64,000 bases of DNA from positions 8,006 through 72,005 of the forward strand of contig CANLJX010000001.1 of assembly GCA_947491545.1 (NCBI GenBank). Reading direction: 5' to 3'. This stretch comes from Deltaproteobacteria bacterium (lineage in GTDB: Bacteria > Bdellovibrionota_C > UBA2361 > OMII01). Every line of letters starts with the position of its first letter. Position 1 is the first letter of the stretch. The notes under the pieces are model-generated. The model saw nothing but the letters and a program-made list of their open reading frames with translations. It made no database searches and was not told the origin of the DNA. The translations under genes were made by a program, and so were the position numbers. Of the stretch, positions 18,925 to 28,772 are shown piece after piece.

Positions 18925-19651
18925 CAGTCAAGAGCGAGCCGGGGCCCGGCTCGGAGTTGAGCTACGGAACCTCACGAAGCGCTACCGCGATGCTGACCGC
19001 GAACTTACAGTCATAAGCGGGCTGACGTTCTCGTTTCCGGAGCGAGGCACGGTGGCGATTATCGGCCGTTCGGGAATCGGAAAGTCTACCCTGATGCACC
19101 TGATTGGGGCGCTCGACACGCCGTCAGAGGGGTCCGTTCTCTTCGGGGGCCGGGACGTGAGTGTCATGGGCTCTGATGAGCGAGCGGAGTTTCGTGCCCG
19201 CAACGTGGGCTTTATCTTTCAGTTTCACCACCTCCTGCCAGAGTTTTCCGCCGAGGAGAACGTCGCTTTGCCACTGATCATGTCCAATATGAATGAGGGG
19301 AAGGCGCGAGCAGAGGCTGCCGCCTTGCTGGGGCGGATGGGGCTGTCTGAACGCGCCGATCATCTCCCCTCGCAGCTCTCAGGCGGCGAGCAGCAACGGG
19401 TTGCGATAGCACGAGCGTTAATTACTAAGCCGCGAGTGGTACTTGCAGACGAACCCACCGGAAACCTCGACGTGCGAACCGCCACTGAGGTCCAGAGGCT
19501 CCTTCTTGAGATGAACAGAGAGCTCGACAATACGCTGATCGTGGTGACTCACAACGAAGAGCTCGCGCAGAGCATGGACATGGTCGTAGAGATGACGCCG
19601 GGTGGAGCCCTCGTGGAGCACCGCAAGGCTAGGCGAGTGCCGGAGGAGTGA
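18917..19651 (+). CDS. lolD: lipoprotein-releasing system ATP-binding protein LolD
   Basis: Walker A GRSGIGKST, signature LSGGEQQRVAIARAL, Walker B VVLADEPTGNLD. Start ATG at 18917. Confidence 0.85.
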   Translation: MTNSQERAGARLGVELRNLTKRYRDADRELTVISGLTFSFPERGTVAIIGRSGIGKSTLMHLIGALDTPSEGSVLFGGRDVSVMGSDERAEFRARNVGFIFQFHHLLPEFSAEENVALPLIMSNMNEGKARAEAAALLGRMGLSERADHLPSQLSGGEQQRVAIARALITKPRVVLADEPTGNLDVRTATEVQRLLLEMNRELDNTLIVVTHNEELAQSMDMVVEMTPGGALVEHRKARRVPEE

Positions 19652-21954
19652 TGAAGAAGCTGCAGTTCTGTGTCGTTCTGCTTTGTGCGTCGCTCGTGGT
19701 GGTGCTGGCATCAGCTCGTGTAGCGGTCGCCCAAGGAAGTGAGTCCTACGTGGTGCACGGCGTGGAGATTGAGGGCAATAGGCGCATCGATACCGGCGCC
19801 GTGATGTCTCAGCTCGCGAGTGTTCCTGGGCGGATTACCGCCACGCAGCTCAGCGATGATGTCAGGACGCTGTACAACTCGGGCTACTTCGACCAGGTGC
19901 AGGTGGGGGTAGTCCCGCGCGGGGACGGGTCGGTCACCGTCAAATTCACGGTTTCAGAGAAGCCGATTGCAAGAAAGATATTCATCAAGGGGAACGATGA
20001 TGTCAGCGAGGACGACTTGAGCGAGGTGCTCAAGCTAGACGGACGGCGCTTTGTAGATCGTGCAAAAATCCAGTCTCTCATCCGCAAAGCAACGGCGTAC
20101 TACCAGGCCCAGGGGTACTACGATGCCTCGCTCGACTACTCGACCACACCGGTAGGGGACAATGAGGTTGATGTTACCTTCAACGTGAAAGAGGGGAAGC
20201 TCTACCACGTCCGAGAGGTAGTGCTGCAGGGTGTGGCAGATCTCGACGAAGACGAGATGCGATCAGTCCTGCAAACCCAGCGCTACAAGTGGTGGAGTTC
20301 ATGGCTGTTCGGCACCGGCAAGGTGAGCGAGGAGATGACTGAAGCGGACAAGCAGCTCTTGCGCCAGTACCTGCTCGACCACGGCTACATCGAGGGCAAT
20401 GTAGGCGAGGCGTCGATAGACAAGCGTGACGACGGGCTCTACGTAGTGTTCGATATCGCTGAAGGGCAGCAGTTTAAGATTGGCAAGGTCACCGCCGAGG
20501 GCGACCTCGTCGAAGGCTCGGCGGAGAAAACCGTCGAAGACCTCAAGAGCGAGCCTGGCGACGTCTTCAGTGCCACAAAAGTGCGGGCCGACATCTTCAC
20601 TATCACCGACCGCTTCGGCGATGAGGGCTACGCATTCGCGAACGTAGTCCCAAATTCCGAAATCCACCGCGACGAAGGCACGGTCGACCTGGCGTTCACC
20701 AGCACGAAGGGCAATCCGGTGAAGATCGGCAAGATTACGATCTCTGGCAACGAGAAGACGTACGACAACGTAATTCGGCGAGAGATGCGTATCGAGGAGC
20801 AGCACCGGTACAGTGGCACCAAGATTCGCCGCAGCCAGACACTGCTGCAGCGGCAGGGTCTCTTCGAGGAGGTCAACATCACTAACAAGCCCACGTCGGA
20901 TCCCTCGGTGGTTGATCTTGACGTCAACGTAAAAGAGGGAACAACGGGAAGCTTCACCGCTGGTGCTGGCTATTCAACTGCGAACGGAACCCTCTTCAAC
21001 ACGAAGATCTCAGAGAATAACGTGTTTGGAACGGGAAATAAGGTCAATCTTAACCTCGACTTCGGTAATCAGGTATCCAACCAAGTGCTCTCGTTCGATA
21101 ACCCGCGAGTTAATGACAGCTTCGTTTCAGCCGGCGCCGATATCCTCCGCACCACTCGCCAGTACCAGGACTTTAACCGCGAGCTCGAAGGAGGATCGAC
21201 TACAGTCGGATACCCTGCAGAGCTGCTCTTTGGGAAGTGGGCAGAGGACATGTCTGTGACACTCAAGTACGAGCTGCTGCGGATTAATATTCGCGACGTT
21301 GACCCCGACTCCGCGCAGCTGGTTAAAGACTCGCAGGGATATTCAACCTCGTCAGCGTTCACGCCGGCACTCAACCGCAGCACGATAAACAATCCGACTA
21401 ATCCTACCCGGGGTTCGCGACAGAATCTCTCGGTGGAGGTGGCAGGAGCAGGGGGCGATCAAGATTTCTGGCTCTTTGAGGCGAGGAACGCCTGGTACCA
21501 CCCGATCTGGGAAGGCGAAGAGGGGGATGTGACGTTTGCGAACCGCACCTCTTTTGGCTACGGAGAGAGCATGAATGACAACCCGTTTCCGCTCTTCCGC
21601 CGGTTCTTCCCCGGAGGCTTGAATTCGGTTCGCGGTTATCGCAACCGAACCCTCGGACCTACCGACATTAACGGGCAAGAGTACGGCGGTAACAAGCAGC
21701 TGATCAACAACGTGGAAGTGATCTTCCCACTCGTGAATTCGGCGGGGCTGCGAGGAGTCGTGTTCTACGATGTCGGTCAAGCCTACGACGACAACCAAGC
21801 GATCGAGATCCACGACCTGCGGCAGGCAGTTGGATACGGTATTCGCTGGAACTCACCGATGGGTCCGATCCGGTTCGAGATTGGATTCCCGATCAATCGT
21901 CAGCCCGGCGAGGAAGCAAAGCAGACAATGTTCTCCTTCGGCGCCCCTCTCTAG
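19651..21954 (+). CDS. bamA: outer membrane protein assembly factor BamA
   Basis: Signal peptide, repeated POTRA segments, barrel ending in FSFGAPL. RBS GGAGGA upstream. Its ATG overlaps the lolD TGA (TGATG). Confidence 0.9.
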   Translation: MKKLQFCVVLLCASLVVVLASARVAVAQGSESYVVHGVEIEGNRRIDTGAVMSQLASVPGRITATQLSDDVRTLYNSGYFDQVQVGVVPRGDGSVTVKFTVSEKPIARKIFIKGNDDVSEDDLSEVLKLDGRRFVDRAKIQSLIRKATAYYQAQGYYDASLDYSTTPVGDNEVDVTFNVKEGKLYHVREVVLQGVADLDEDEMRSVLQTQRYKWWSSWLFGTGKVSEEMTEADKQLLRQYLLDHGYIEGNVGEASIDKRDDGLYVVFDIAEGQQFKIGKVTAEGDLVEGSAEKTVEDLKSEPGDVFSATKVRADIFTITDRFGDEGYAFANVVPNSEIHRDEGTVDLAFTSTKGNPVKIGKITISGNEKTYDNVIRREMRIEEQHRYSGTKIRRSQTLLQRQGLFEEVNITNKPTSDPSVVDLDVNVKEGTTGSFTAGAGYSTANGTLFNTKISENNVFGTGNKVNLNLDFGNQVSNQVLSFDNPRVNDSFVSAGADILRTTRQYQDFNRELEGGSTTVGYPAELLFGKWAEDMSVTLKYELLRINIRDVDPDSAQLVKDSQGYSTSSAFTPALNRSTINNPTNPTRGSRQNLSVEVAGAGGDQDFWLFEARNAWYHPIWEGEEGDVTFANRTSFGYGESMNDNPFPLFRRFFPGGLNSVRGYRNRTLGPTDINGQEYGGNKQLINNVEVIFPLVNSAGLRGVVFYDVGQAYDDNQAIEIHDLRQAVGYGIRWNSPMGPIRFEIGFPINRQPGEEAKQTMFSFGAPL

Positions 21955-21957
21955 TCG

Positions 21958-23190
21958 CTACGCGCGCACGGGGCGTGGGTCCTTGGTGTTGTTGGCAGCG
22001 TCGGCTTCGTCCTCTTCGTGGGCCAGGAATGGGTTTCTTGCCCGCCTTCGCAGCAGTGCAAAGGTGTCGTGGTACCCGACTTCGATCAGGGAATTGAGGT
22101 ACTCAGGATCGAGTGCGACGTAGGACATAACCTCGTACGCAGCCTCCTCTCCAAGCTTTGCCTTCACCAAGGTGAAGAGCGGCCAAAGTGCGCCGCACGC
22201 GTCCATGAAGCGCTTCCTGGAGCTCCCCACGGCCTGTTTAAGGTAGATGCCGAGGCTGCCAGGGTTTCTGATGGTGAGGGTTTCGGGAGGACGGAAGCAG
22301 AAGGTGTCGTCTTCGGCGGGCACCTCCCAGCTCGGGCGCTTGTCGTGCGCCTCGCCGTATCGGTCGAGCCACCACGAGCGCCCTGAGATATCGATCACAA
22401 CGATGCGGTGTGCGCCGAGCCGGACTGCTGGATCAACCGGGATATTCTGGGAGATTCCGCCGTCCACGAGCCGCACGCGACCGCGGTCGGTGTCCAGTTC
22501 AACAGGGGGCAGAATCGAGGGAAGTGCCGCGGATGCAAAGCCGTGGCGGGCACTCAGCTCATCGACGTAGCAAACTTCAAAGGTGGCACCCGCGAGCTCC
22601 TCCGGAGTTAGGTGGTGGTGGCTACTTAAGAAGAGCAGAGGCTTCCGCTGGGCGCCGTCCATCGTTGTCATCACTCCGATGGCGCGCAGCGACGCGGCTC
22701 GTCGGGAAGGGGTGAGCCCGCCCTGACTCTGAATAACGGAGTTGAGTCGCTCCTCGAGCGGGGCAGGGTCGAGCACTGAGGTCTTTGAAGTTGTTGGCCC
22801 TGGAGCTAAGTACTGGGCGGTCGCGATTCGAATCGCGCGGAGAAACGCCCGGGTTCGAGAGCCGGCGAACGTGTTGGAGAAAGTTCTCTCGCGCCACAGG
22901 TCTTCGAGCACCTCGATGCTTGAGCCGATTCCGTTCCGGATACAGGCAGAGAGCACGAGCCCGTTCACCGCCCCGATGCTGCTCCCTAACACGATTGAGG
23001 TGTTGTCGAGGTCTTTGCCGAGCACCTGAGCGAGGGCCTTCAGCGCGCCAGCTTGGTAGGCTGCGCGCACGCCGCCTCCAGACAAAACAATTCCGAGGTC
23101 ACTGCTGTTAGGCTCAAGCGACTTGCGAAACTTAACCGCTTTTTGGTCCTCGGACTGGGGCCGTCTCCTCATAAAAACCTTGAGGTCCAC
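21958..23190 (-). CDS. patatin-like phospholipase
   Basis: VLSGGGVRAAYQAGALKAL (oxyanion), GSSIGAVNG (GxSxG), LVDGGISQN (catalytic Asp). Convergent with bamA with a 3-nt gap. Confidence 0.8.
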   Translation of the reverse strand: MDLKVFMRRRPQSEDQKAVKFRKSLEPNSSDLGIVLSGGGVRAAYQAGALKALAQVLGKDLDNTSIVLGSSIGAVNGLVLSACIRNGIGSSIEVLEDLWRERTFSNTFAGSRTRAFLRAIRIATAQYLAPGPTTSKTSVLDPAPLEERLNSVIQSQGGLTPSRRAASLRAIGVMTTMDGAQRKPLLFLSSHHHLTPEELAGATFEVCYVDELSARHGFASAALPSILPPVELDTDRGRVRLVDGGISQNIPVDPAVRLGAHRIVVIDISGRSWWLDRYGEAHDKRPSWEVPAEDDTFCFRPPETLTIRNPGSLGIYLKQAVGSSRKRFMDACGALWPLFTLVKAKLGEEAAYEVMSYVALDPEYLNSLIEVGYHDTFALLRRRARNPFLAHEEDEADAANNTKDPRPVRA

Positions 23191-23399
23191 CCATCTTTAA
23201 CGGAAATATCGGCTCTTCACCGAGAATCTTAACGAACGGTGGCTCTTATCGCTATTCTGGCTCTTAAAGGTAGGATGCTACAAGAGGTCGAATCGACTAA
23301 AGAATATTTGAGCCCATGACTGGCGGTGCCCCGGCTGCCGAGCGAGCTGAGGCAGGGAATAGGGTGCGGGTGGCGAGTCGGGTATGCTAGCCTCGCGGC

Positions 23400-24125
23400 G
23401 TGTCCCACAATGATTCCAATAACGTAAGCCCACCCTCCGACCGACAAGTCATCACGGTTGACGGAGTCGGTGCCTCAGGCAAGAGCGCGTTAGCCCGCAT
23501 GCTTGCGGACCGGCTTGGGTTCGCTCACCTCAATTCGGGGCTCTTGTACCGGGCGGCGGCGTTTCTCGCGGAGAGGGCTAAGGTGCCCCTGACAGCGGGA
23601 GATCTGCTGGCTGCCGAAGTCGCTCGCCATCAGCTCCAGCTTCGCCACGATCCAATCCTGGGCAGTGTGGTGGTTATCGATGGCGTTGTCAGGGAGGCAG
23701 AGCTTATGTCACGTGCCATCTCGGAGGGTGCGTCACAGGTCGCCAAGCACCAAGCTGTCCGAAATCTCTTCCTGGCCGTTCAACGCACGGCGTTCCTGCC
23801 GTTGGGGATCGTTGCAGAGGGTCGCGACATGGGCACAGTTGTCTTCCCGGATGCCCCTGTAAAGTTCTTCGTGGACGCGCGGCTTGAAATCCGTGCAGCA
23901 CGACGGGTCGAGCAGCTCCGGGCAAAAGGCCAGGGGGCAGATATCGAGTCTGTTTCAGCAGAGCTTGCAGCGCGCGATGAGCGCGATGCTACGCGCGCCA
24001 CGGCGCCGATGAAGCCCGCGAGTGGGGCTGTGATTGTCGATAACTCGGATACTCCACTGGAGCAAACGGTAGAGCTAATGCTGGGGCTTGTGCGAAGCCG
24101 GATGTGGGCTGGCTCCCAGCGATAG
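23400..24125 (+). CDS. cmk: cytidylate kinase
   Basis: P-loop ITVDGVGASGKSALARMLADRLGFAHLNSGLLYR. Confidence 0.85.
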   Translation: MSHNDSNNVSPPSDRQVITVDGVGASGKSALARMLADRLGFAHLNSGLLYRAAAFLAERAKVPLTAGDLLAAEVARHQLQLRHDPILGSVVVIDGVVREAELMSRAISEGASQVAKHQAVRNLFLAVQRTAFLPLGIVAEGRDMGTVVFPDAPVKFFVDARLEIRAARRVEQLRAKGQGADIESVSAELAARDERDATRATAPMKPASGAVIVDNSDTPLEQTVELMLGLVRSRMWAGSQR

Positions 24126-24181
24126 GCGTGGACCGGCTGTCTGGAGCGGGGTGGTGTGCAGGCTCGTTTGCGGGGCTGCAG

Positions 24182-25270
24182 CTAGCGGGGGGCCTCGGCG
24201 CCTAGGTTGAGGATGAGAGCCACGGTGCCCATCACGATATTCGCCATCCAAGCGGCCAGGGGGGCCGGGAGCAGGTCCGCGCGCCCCATCGAGATGCTGA
24301 AAGAGTCTACGGCAAAGTAAGCGAAAGCAATAAAGAGAGCAGCTAGCGAGCTTTGTGCCATGCTCCCGGTCCGTGTCGGGATGAGAGTGAACGGCAGAAC
24401 GATCATTCCAACGAGGAACACCACCAGCGGAGCCGCGAGCTTGCTGTACATGTCCGGAAGGTACTGGGCAGTCGAGATTCCGTTGCGGCGTTGCTTCTTG
24501 ATGAAGCGGCGGATCTCGGTGTAGCTCATCGTTGAGGGATCGTCCTTGAATTCATAGAAATCCTCCGGCTGTTCGCCGATTACAAGCGGAACCTGCTCGA
24601 AGTGCTCGACGGAAACCGGCTGGGTGTCGAAGTGGTAGCGAGTGACACCCTTCATGCTCCAGCCCAGGTCGTCGGATATCCACTCAACGCTCTCAGCATC
24701 GGTGCGCTTTACTGCGTTCCAGTCGCTGTCCAGCTCAAACTGCGAGAAATTGTGAAGGCTCTTCGAGCTTGAGTTAAATAGGTCTACGGCGAAAAAGCTG
24801 TTGCCATTACGCCACCAGAAATCCTCTTGGCTGTACCCGCCACGCTTGTCCTTCTTGCGGATCTCCAGATTGTATATCTGCTTCTGCTTTCGCTCTGCAT
24901 GAGGCACGACGAACTCACCCAGCAGAAACGAAAGGACGGAGAGCAGCAACCCGGAGATGACGAGTGGTCGTGCGAGCCAGAGGAGGGTTAGGCCGCTGGC
25001 GCGCATCGCGGTGATCTCGGAGCTTTTCGAGAGAAGCCCAAATGTGAAGAGAGTAGAGAACATCACCGCGATTGGGAGCATGAGCGCCACCATGAGCGGA
25101 ACCTTGCACAGGAAGTACTGGGCGATGAGCCACACGGACGCATTTTCTGAAAGGACATTGTCGAGCCGGTCAAAGAAATCGACCATGAGGAACAGAAAAA
25201 CGAACATCGCGAGCCCGATTGCGAAGTTCTTCACAAGGATGCTGAATATGTAGCGATGAAGGATTTTCAT
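24182..25270 (-). CDS. lptG: LPS export ABC permease LptG (YjgP/YjgQ family)
   Basis: N-terminus ILHRYIFSILVKNFAIGLAMFVFLFLMVDF. Six TM segments with a periplasmic domain. ATGA overlap with the upstream paralog. Confidence 0.75.
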   Translation of the reverse strand: MKILHRYIFSILVKNFAIGLAMFVFLFLMVDFFDRLDNVLSENASVWLIAQYFLCKVPLMVALMLPIAVMFSTLFTFGLLSKSSEITAMRASGLTLLWLARPLVISGLLLSVLSFLLGEFVVPHAERKQKQIYNLEIRKKDKRGGYSQEDFWWRNGNSFFAVDLFNSSSKSLHNFSQFELDSDWNAVKRTDAESVEWISDDLGWSMKGVTRYHFDTQPVSVEHFEQVPLVIGEQPEDFYEFKDDPSTMSYTEIRRFIKKQRRNGISTAQYLPDMYSKLAAPLVVFLVGMIVLPFTLIPTRTGSMAQSSLAALFIAFAYFAVDSFSISMGRADLLPAPLAAWMANIVMGTVALILNLGAEAPR

Positions 25271-26538
25271 GCGTTCCTGCGGAATGGGCGAACAAGGGCG
25301 ATCAAGCGCTGCAGAGAGCGTTGCACCCCTTCAGACACAGAGTTCCATCGCTCACTGGCGATTTTTCGCACCAAGAGCACAGCGATCGCCGAGGCGATTA
25401 CGTTGGGTGTCCAAAGAGCGATGCCAACGTGCAGCTTGCCACTGTCAGCGAGAGCGACTCCGACTGAGAAGATCGCGTAGTAGACTATGAAGACTGCGAG
25501 GCCCAAAGTTGCCGCAAATCCGGCGCCCCAGGTGCGCTGCGTGCGGGGTGACATGATTCCAAGCGACATCCCGATGAATGCCATGATGACCGATGCCAAG
25601 GGCAGGGAGGTTCTCTGCCCAAGCTCGATCTTTGCCCTTCTGAGCTTCTTGTCGACCTCGGCCCGGGTGAGCGTTTCGCCAAACACCTGGAGCTCGGCGG
25701 CATCACTGCTTCGCAAGGCATGTCGATACTCCGCAATCGCATCGCGCAGGCGAGCCATCGAGAGCTCGCGGGCAGTAATGCCCTTCTTCGAGTCGTTCTT
25801 AATCTCGTTTGGGTCGACCGTTAAGCTATTGGAGTTGAACTCAGTGCGTGAGTACCTTCCGTCTAGAGTCTCGTGAGCGACGCCGTCTGCAAGAATAAGC
25901 GAGATAGTCCGTGCAGTTTCGTCCGCAACGATTCGCCCGCGCTTGGCGACAACCACTTTGCGTTGCTCCGAGTCGCGCTTGTCATCTACGAGCACCCGTG
26001 AGAGATCGCCAGTTTGGTAGTCAATTGCGTCGGCGTACAGGGTGATCTCGCCTAGCTTGTTAAACACTCCCTCCGCCAGGCCTGAGATGCTCTTCGAACG
26101 AGCTACCTCAAACAGCGCACGCGACAGAGCGTCGAATCCCCACGGGCGGAGCACGCACGAGACGAAGAGGCTCGTGGCTCCGACAGCCGCTGCGAAGAGG
26201 GCGATCGGCTTTAGAAAACGGGCGAGGCTAATGCCGCTCGCGCGCATGACGACCATCTCAGAATCACCGCACAGTCGTGCGAATGCAAGCATCACGCCGA
26301 GCAGCGTGGACATCGGCAAGGCGATCTCGAGAAACGTGGGGATAATCGCAAGAAAAACCTTTGCGATCTGGCCGAACTCGACACCTCGATTGATAATCAG
26401 TGAAGTGAGCCGCAGCATGCGTAGTGTGAGGAGCAGGCCAGTGAAGGCGGCTAGGCTGATGCCGAAGAACGACAGGACCTCTCGCAGCACGTACTTGGAC
26501 AGGATCTTCACAGACCGCGGCTCCTCTATGGATTGCAC
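25267..26538 (-). CDS. lptF: LPS export ABC permease LptF (YjgP/YjgQ family)
   Basis: N-terminus ILSKYVLREVLSFFGISLAAFTGLLLTLRMLRL. 423 aa with a large periplasmic domain. Assigned lptF because it is first in the operon. Confidence 0.75.
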   Translation of the reverse strand: MQSIEEPRSVKILSKYVLREVLSFFGISLAAFTGLLLTLRMLRLTSLIINRGVEFGQIAKVFLAIIPTFLEIALPMSTLLGVMLAFARLCGDSEMVVMRASGISLARFLKPIALFAAAVGATSLFVSCVLRPWGFDALSRALFEVARSKSISGLAEGVFNKLGEITLYADAIDYQTGDLSRVLVDDKRDSEQRKVVVAKRGRIVADETARTISLILADGVAHETLDGRYSRTEFNSNSLTVDPNEIKNDSKKGITARELSMARLRDAIAEYRHALRSSDAAELQVFGETLTRAEVDKKLRRAKIELGQRTSLPLASVIMAFIGMSLGIMSPRTQRTWGAGFAATLGLAVFIVYYAIFSVGVALADSGKLHVGIALWTPNVIASAIAVLLVRKIASERWNSVSEGVQRSLQRLIALVRPFRRNA

Positions 26539-26636
26539 GAATGATAGCTCGGTTGAGCCGTAAGGGGCACTACCTTCGGCGTAATCTTCCGGGCGAGAAG
26601 CAGAGAATCTACGGGGAAGAAGAGGAAGGTGGGCAT

Positions 26637-26661
26637 AAAAAAAGGCCCCCGGAGGGGCCCC
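26637..26661 (-). terminator. rho-independent terminator of rpsU
   Basis: Minus-strand hairpin GGGGCCCCTCCGGGGGCC followed by TTTTTTT, 15 nt after the rpsU stop. Confidence 0.6.
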
Positions 26662-26676
26662 TTGAAGCTGCCGGGA

Positions 26677-26880
26677 CTACATCAAGCCCGGACCCTTCTT
26701 CAGGCGAGCCTCGTCCTTGCGCTGCTTCTTCCGAGCTTCCTTGACCTTGCGCTTGCGGCGCTCAGACGGCTTCTCAAAGTAGCGACGAGCCTTGAGCTCC
26801 TTGAAGAGCCCTTCCTTAATCAGCTTGCGCTTAAGGATCTTCATCGCCTTTTCGATGTTGTGAGAAACGGCGACCTCCAT
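26677..26880 (-). CDS. rpsU: 30S ribosomal protein S21
   Basis: MEVAVSHNIEKAMKILKRKLIKEGLFKELKARRYFEKPSERRKRKVKEARKKQRK. The ORF track extends it to 27087 with a low-complexity N-terminal extension that I do not accept (see findings). Confidence 0.8.
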   Translation of the reverse strand: MEVAVSHNIEKAMKILKRKLIKEGLFKELKARRYFEKPSERRKRKVKEARKKQRKDEARLKKGPGLM

Positions 26881-27294
26881 CGGGCCGGTGCGGGCACGAT
26901 CGTCACCGTGGCTGTGGCGTGGCTCACGTGAGCGCGGGGCATCTGATCCACCTTCGCGGCTCTCTCCTTCTGAACCACGCGTGTTGTTCTCAGCCCTCTG
27001 GTTGTTCACTTCTTCGTTCATAACTGCGAATACCATTCCTTTTTCGTACCGTGTGATCTCCGCGTCGCTTGCTGAAGCTCGGCGCAAACCGGCTTCGTGC
27101 CCAGGTTATGGGCGCGCAAAGATTTAGATGGCGCCGCGGATAGCTGCCACACACCTCCCTGCCGGAACCGGGTTTGTAGCAAAGGACGGGGGAAGATGTA
27201 AAGAGTTCGGGCTGTTGACCCAACAAATGAGTTGTCGTGGAATAGGGCTCAACCGAGCGCTAAGCAATAATTTAAAGCTAATTATAGTAACGAG

Positions 27295-28233
27295 TTAGGC
27301 TGATTTTAGCTCGATCGTAGTGATCTCTGGGGGGCAATTAACTCGAAATGGCAATCCGACCATCCCGAGTCCGCGGGATGTGTACACCCAGCGCCCGTCC
27401 ACCTGCACTAGCCCAGCCAGGAAGCGCGTGTCGCGTACCGGAGCGGCCATCGAGATAAGCCCTGGCAATCGTACCTGTCCGCCGTGGGTATGCCCGCATA
27501 GCGCCAAACTGAAGCGGGCTGCGTCACGCTTAAGAACCTCTGAGACGTAATCCGGATTGTGCGTGACCAATACGCGAGCGGACACTCCTGGGATCGCTGC
27601 CGCTGGAGGCACGGCGGGGAGGCCCGTCAGGTAATCATCTGAGCCGAAGATCAGGAGAGATTCCGAACCACGCTGCACCGAGAGCTCCTCGTTCACAAGC
27701 ACTCGTATCGCTGGGTAGCGCCGGAACGCATCGTGAAACAGCTCGATCGAATTCCAGCGCTCGTGATTGCCAACCACCGCAACGATGCCGTCTGGGGGGG
27801 AGTAGCTTGACAGGAGCTTAGCGGCAGTCGAGAAGATGAGCGGCGTGGCATCCTCTGAGTCCATGCCCGCGTACGCTTCGTTTCGTATCAGCCCGAGCAT
27901 CGGCCAGACCGGGTTGTCGTTCGCTAAGATATAATCCCCGCCTAGCACCAACAGGTCAGGGGAGTGTGCACGCAGCTTCTCAAGACCCCATGCAACCCAC
28001 TCATCGGGGACCCAGATGCCGAGGTGGATGTCTGTGAAGAAAGCGATTCGATACCCGTCGAAAGCTTTCGGAAGATCGGGCACTGTTACGCGCACAGTCT
28101 CGTCGACTATTCGCCCCGACGCTGAATCAATGCCCATGTCAGCGTGCGCAGCCGCAAAAGCCGCGCCACCAGCCAGCAGCGCACTCCCCTGCAGGAAGGC
28201 TCTCCGGCTTATCAGCTTCGATCTTGTGGACAT
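27295..28233 (-). CDS. Tat-exported metallophosphoesterase (calcineurin-like)
   Basis: Twin-arginine signal MSTRSKLISRRAFLQGSALLAGGAAFAAAHA. Metallophosphatase motifs GDYI, VVGNHE and GHTHGGQ. Start taken at the internal ATG at 28233, which also removes the overlap with the upstream gene. Confidence 0.75.
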   Translation of the reverse strand: MSTRSKLISRRAFLQGSALLAGGAAFAAAHADMGIDSASGRIVDETVRVTVPDLPKAFDGYRIAFFTDIHLGIWVPDEWVAWGLEKLRAHSPDLLVLGGDYILANDNPVWPMLGLIRNEAYAGMDSEDATPLIFSTAAKLLSSYSPPDGIVAVVGNHERWNSIELFHDAFRRYPAIRVLVNEELSVQRGSESLLIFGSDDYLTGLPAVPPAAAIPGVSARVLVTHNPDYVSEVLKRDAARFSLALCGHTHGGQVRLPGLISMAAPVRDTRFLAGLVQVDGRWVYTSRGLGMVGLPFRVNCPPEITTIELKSA

Positions 28234-28241
28234 ACTTTGAG

Positions 28242-28772
28242 TTACCGAGAGCGCAGGGCGACTGCGGTTGCAGGAGCGGCGCCAGCTTTGCGTGCGCGCC
28301 AGAAGTGGCGAGTGCGACTTGAGCGAACAGCCATGGCCCAGCCCCCTGAGGAGATCCAAGCATGCAGAGCGGGGATGTCAGGATGACGGCTCTCAAGCTC
28401 CTTAAACTCACGGCCGTGCCACATCCGCCGTCCGTCGCGCGAACAGGAAACCTGGTCATCGATTACAGCGTGGCAAAGCTCGTGGTACAGCACGGGCCCG
28501 ATCCACCGCACCGCCGACGGCTCGAACAGCTCTCTGGCCACAACAACCTTGCGACGCCGAATGTTGCACGAGGCCAGAACACGCTTCTGGCGACGAGCGC
28601 TCCAGACCACTCGATACGAGTCTAGCTCGGACCGGTCTGGAAAGAACTCCTGTCGCAGGCTACGCCAAACCTCGGCGAGGAACGGATCGCTTCCGAGCTC
28701 TCGCCGCTGTGGCGCTTCCGGTGGGGATAGCAAGAGTTCAAGCTGTCGCAGGAATCCCATACTCGTAATCAC
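28242..28772 (-). CDS. SprT-like/DUF45-type zinc metallopeptidase-fold protein
   Basis: VLYHELCHAV (HExxH) preceded by the basic segment CNIRRRKVVVARELF. Confidence 0.5.
   Translation of the reverse strand: MITSMGFLRQLELLLSPPEAPQRRELGSDPFLAEVWRSLRQEFFPDRSELDSYRVVWSARRQKRVLASCNIRRRKVVVARELFEPSAVRWIGPVLYHELCHAVIDDQVSCSRDGRRMWHGREFKELESRHPDIPALHAWISSGGWAMAVRSSRTRHFWRARKAGAAPATAVALRSR

Noticed and set aside
26881-27087. N-terminal 69-aa extension of rpsU given by the ORF track
   Set aside because: Low-complexity, no homology to S21, and no better ribosome-binding site. Kept as an open question in findings.
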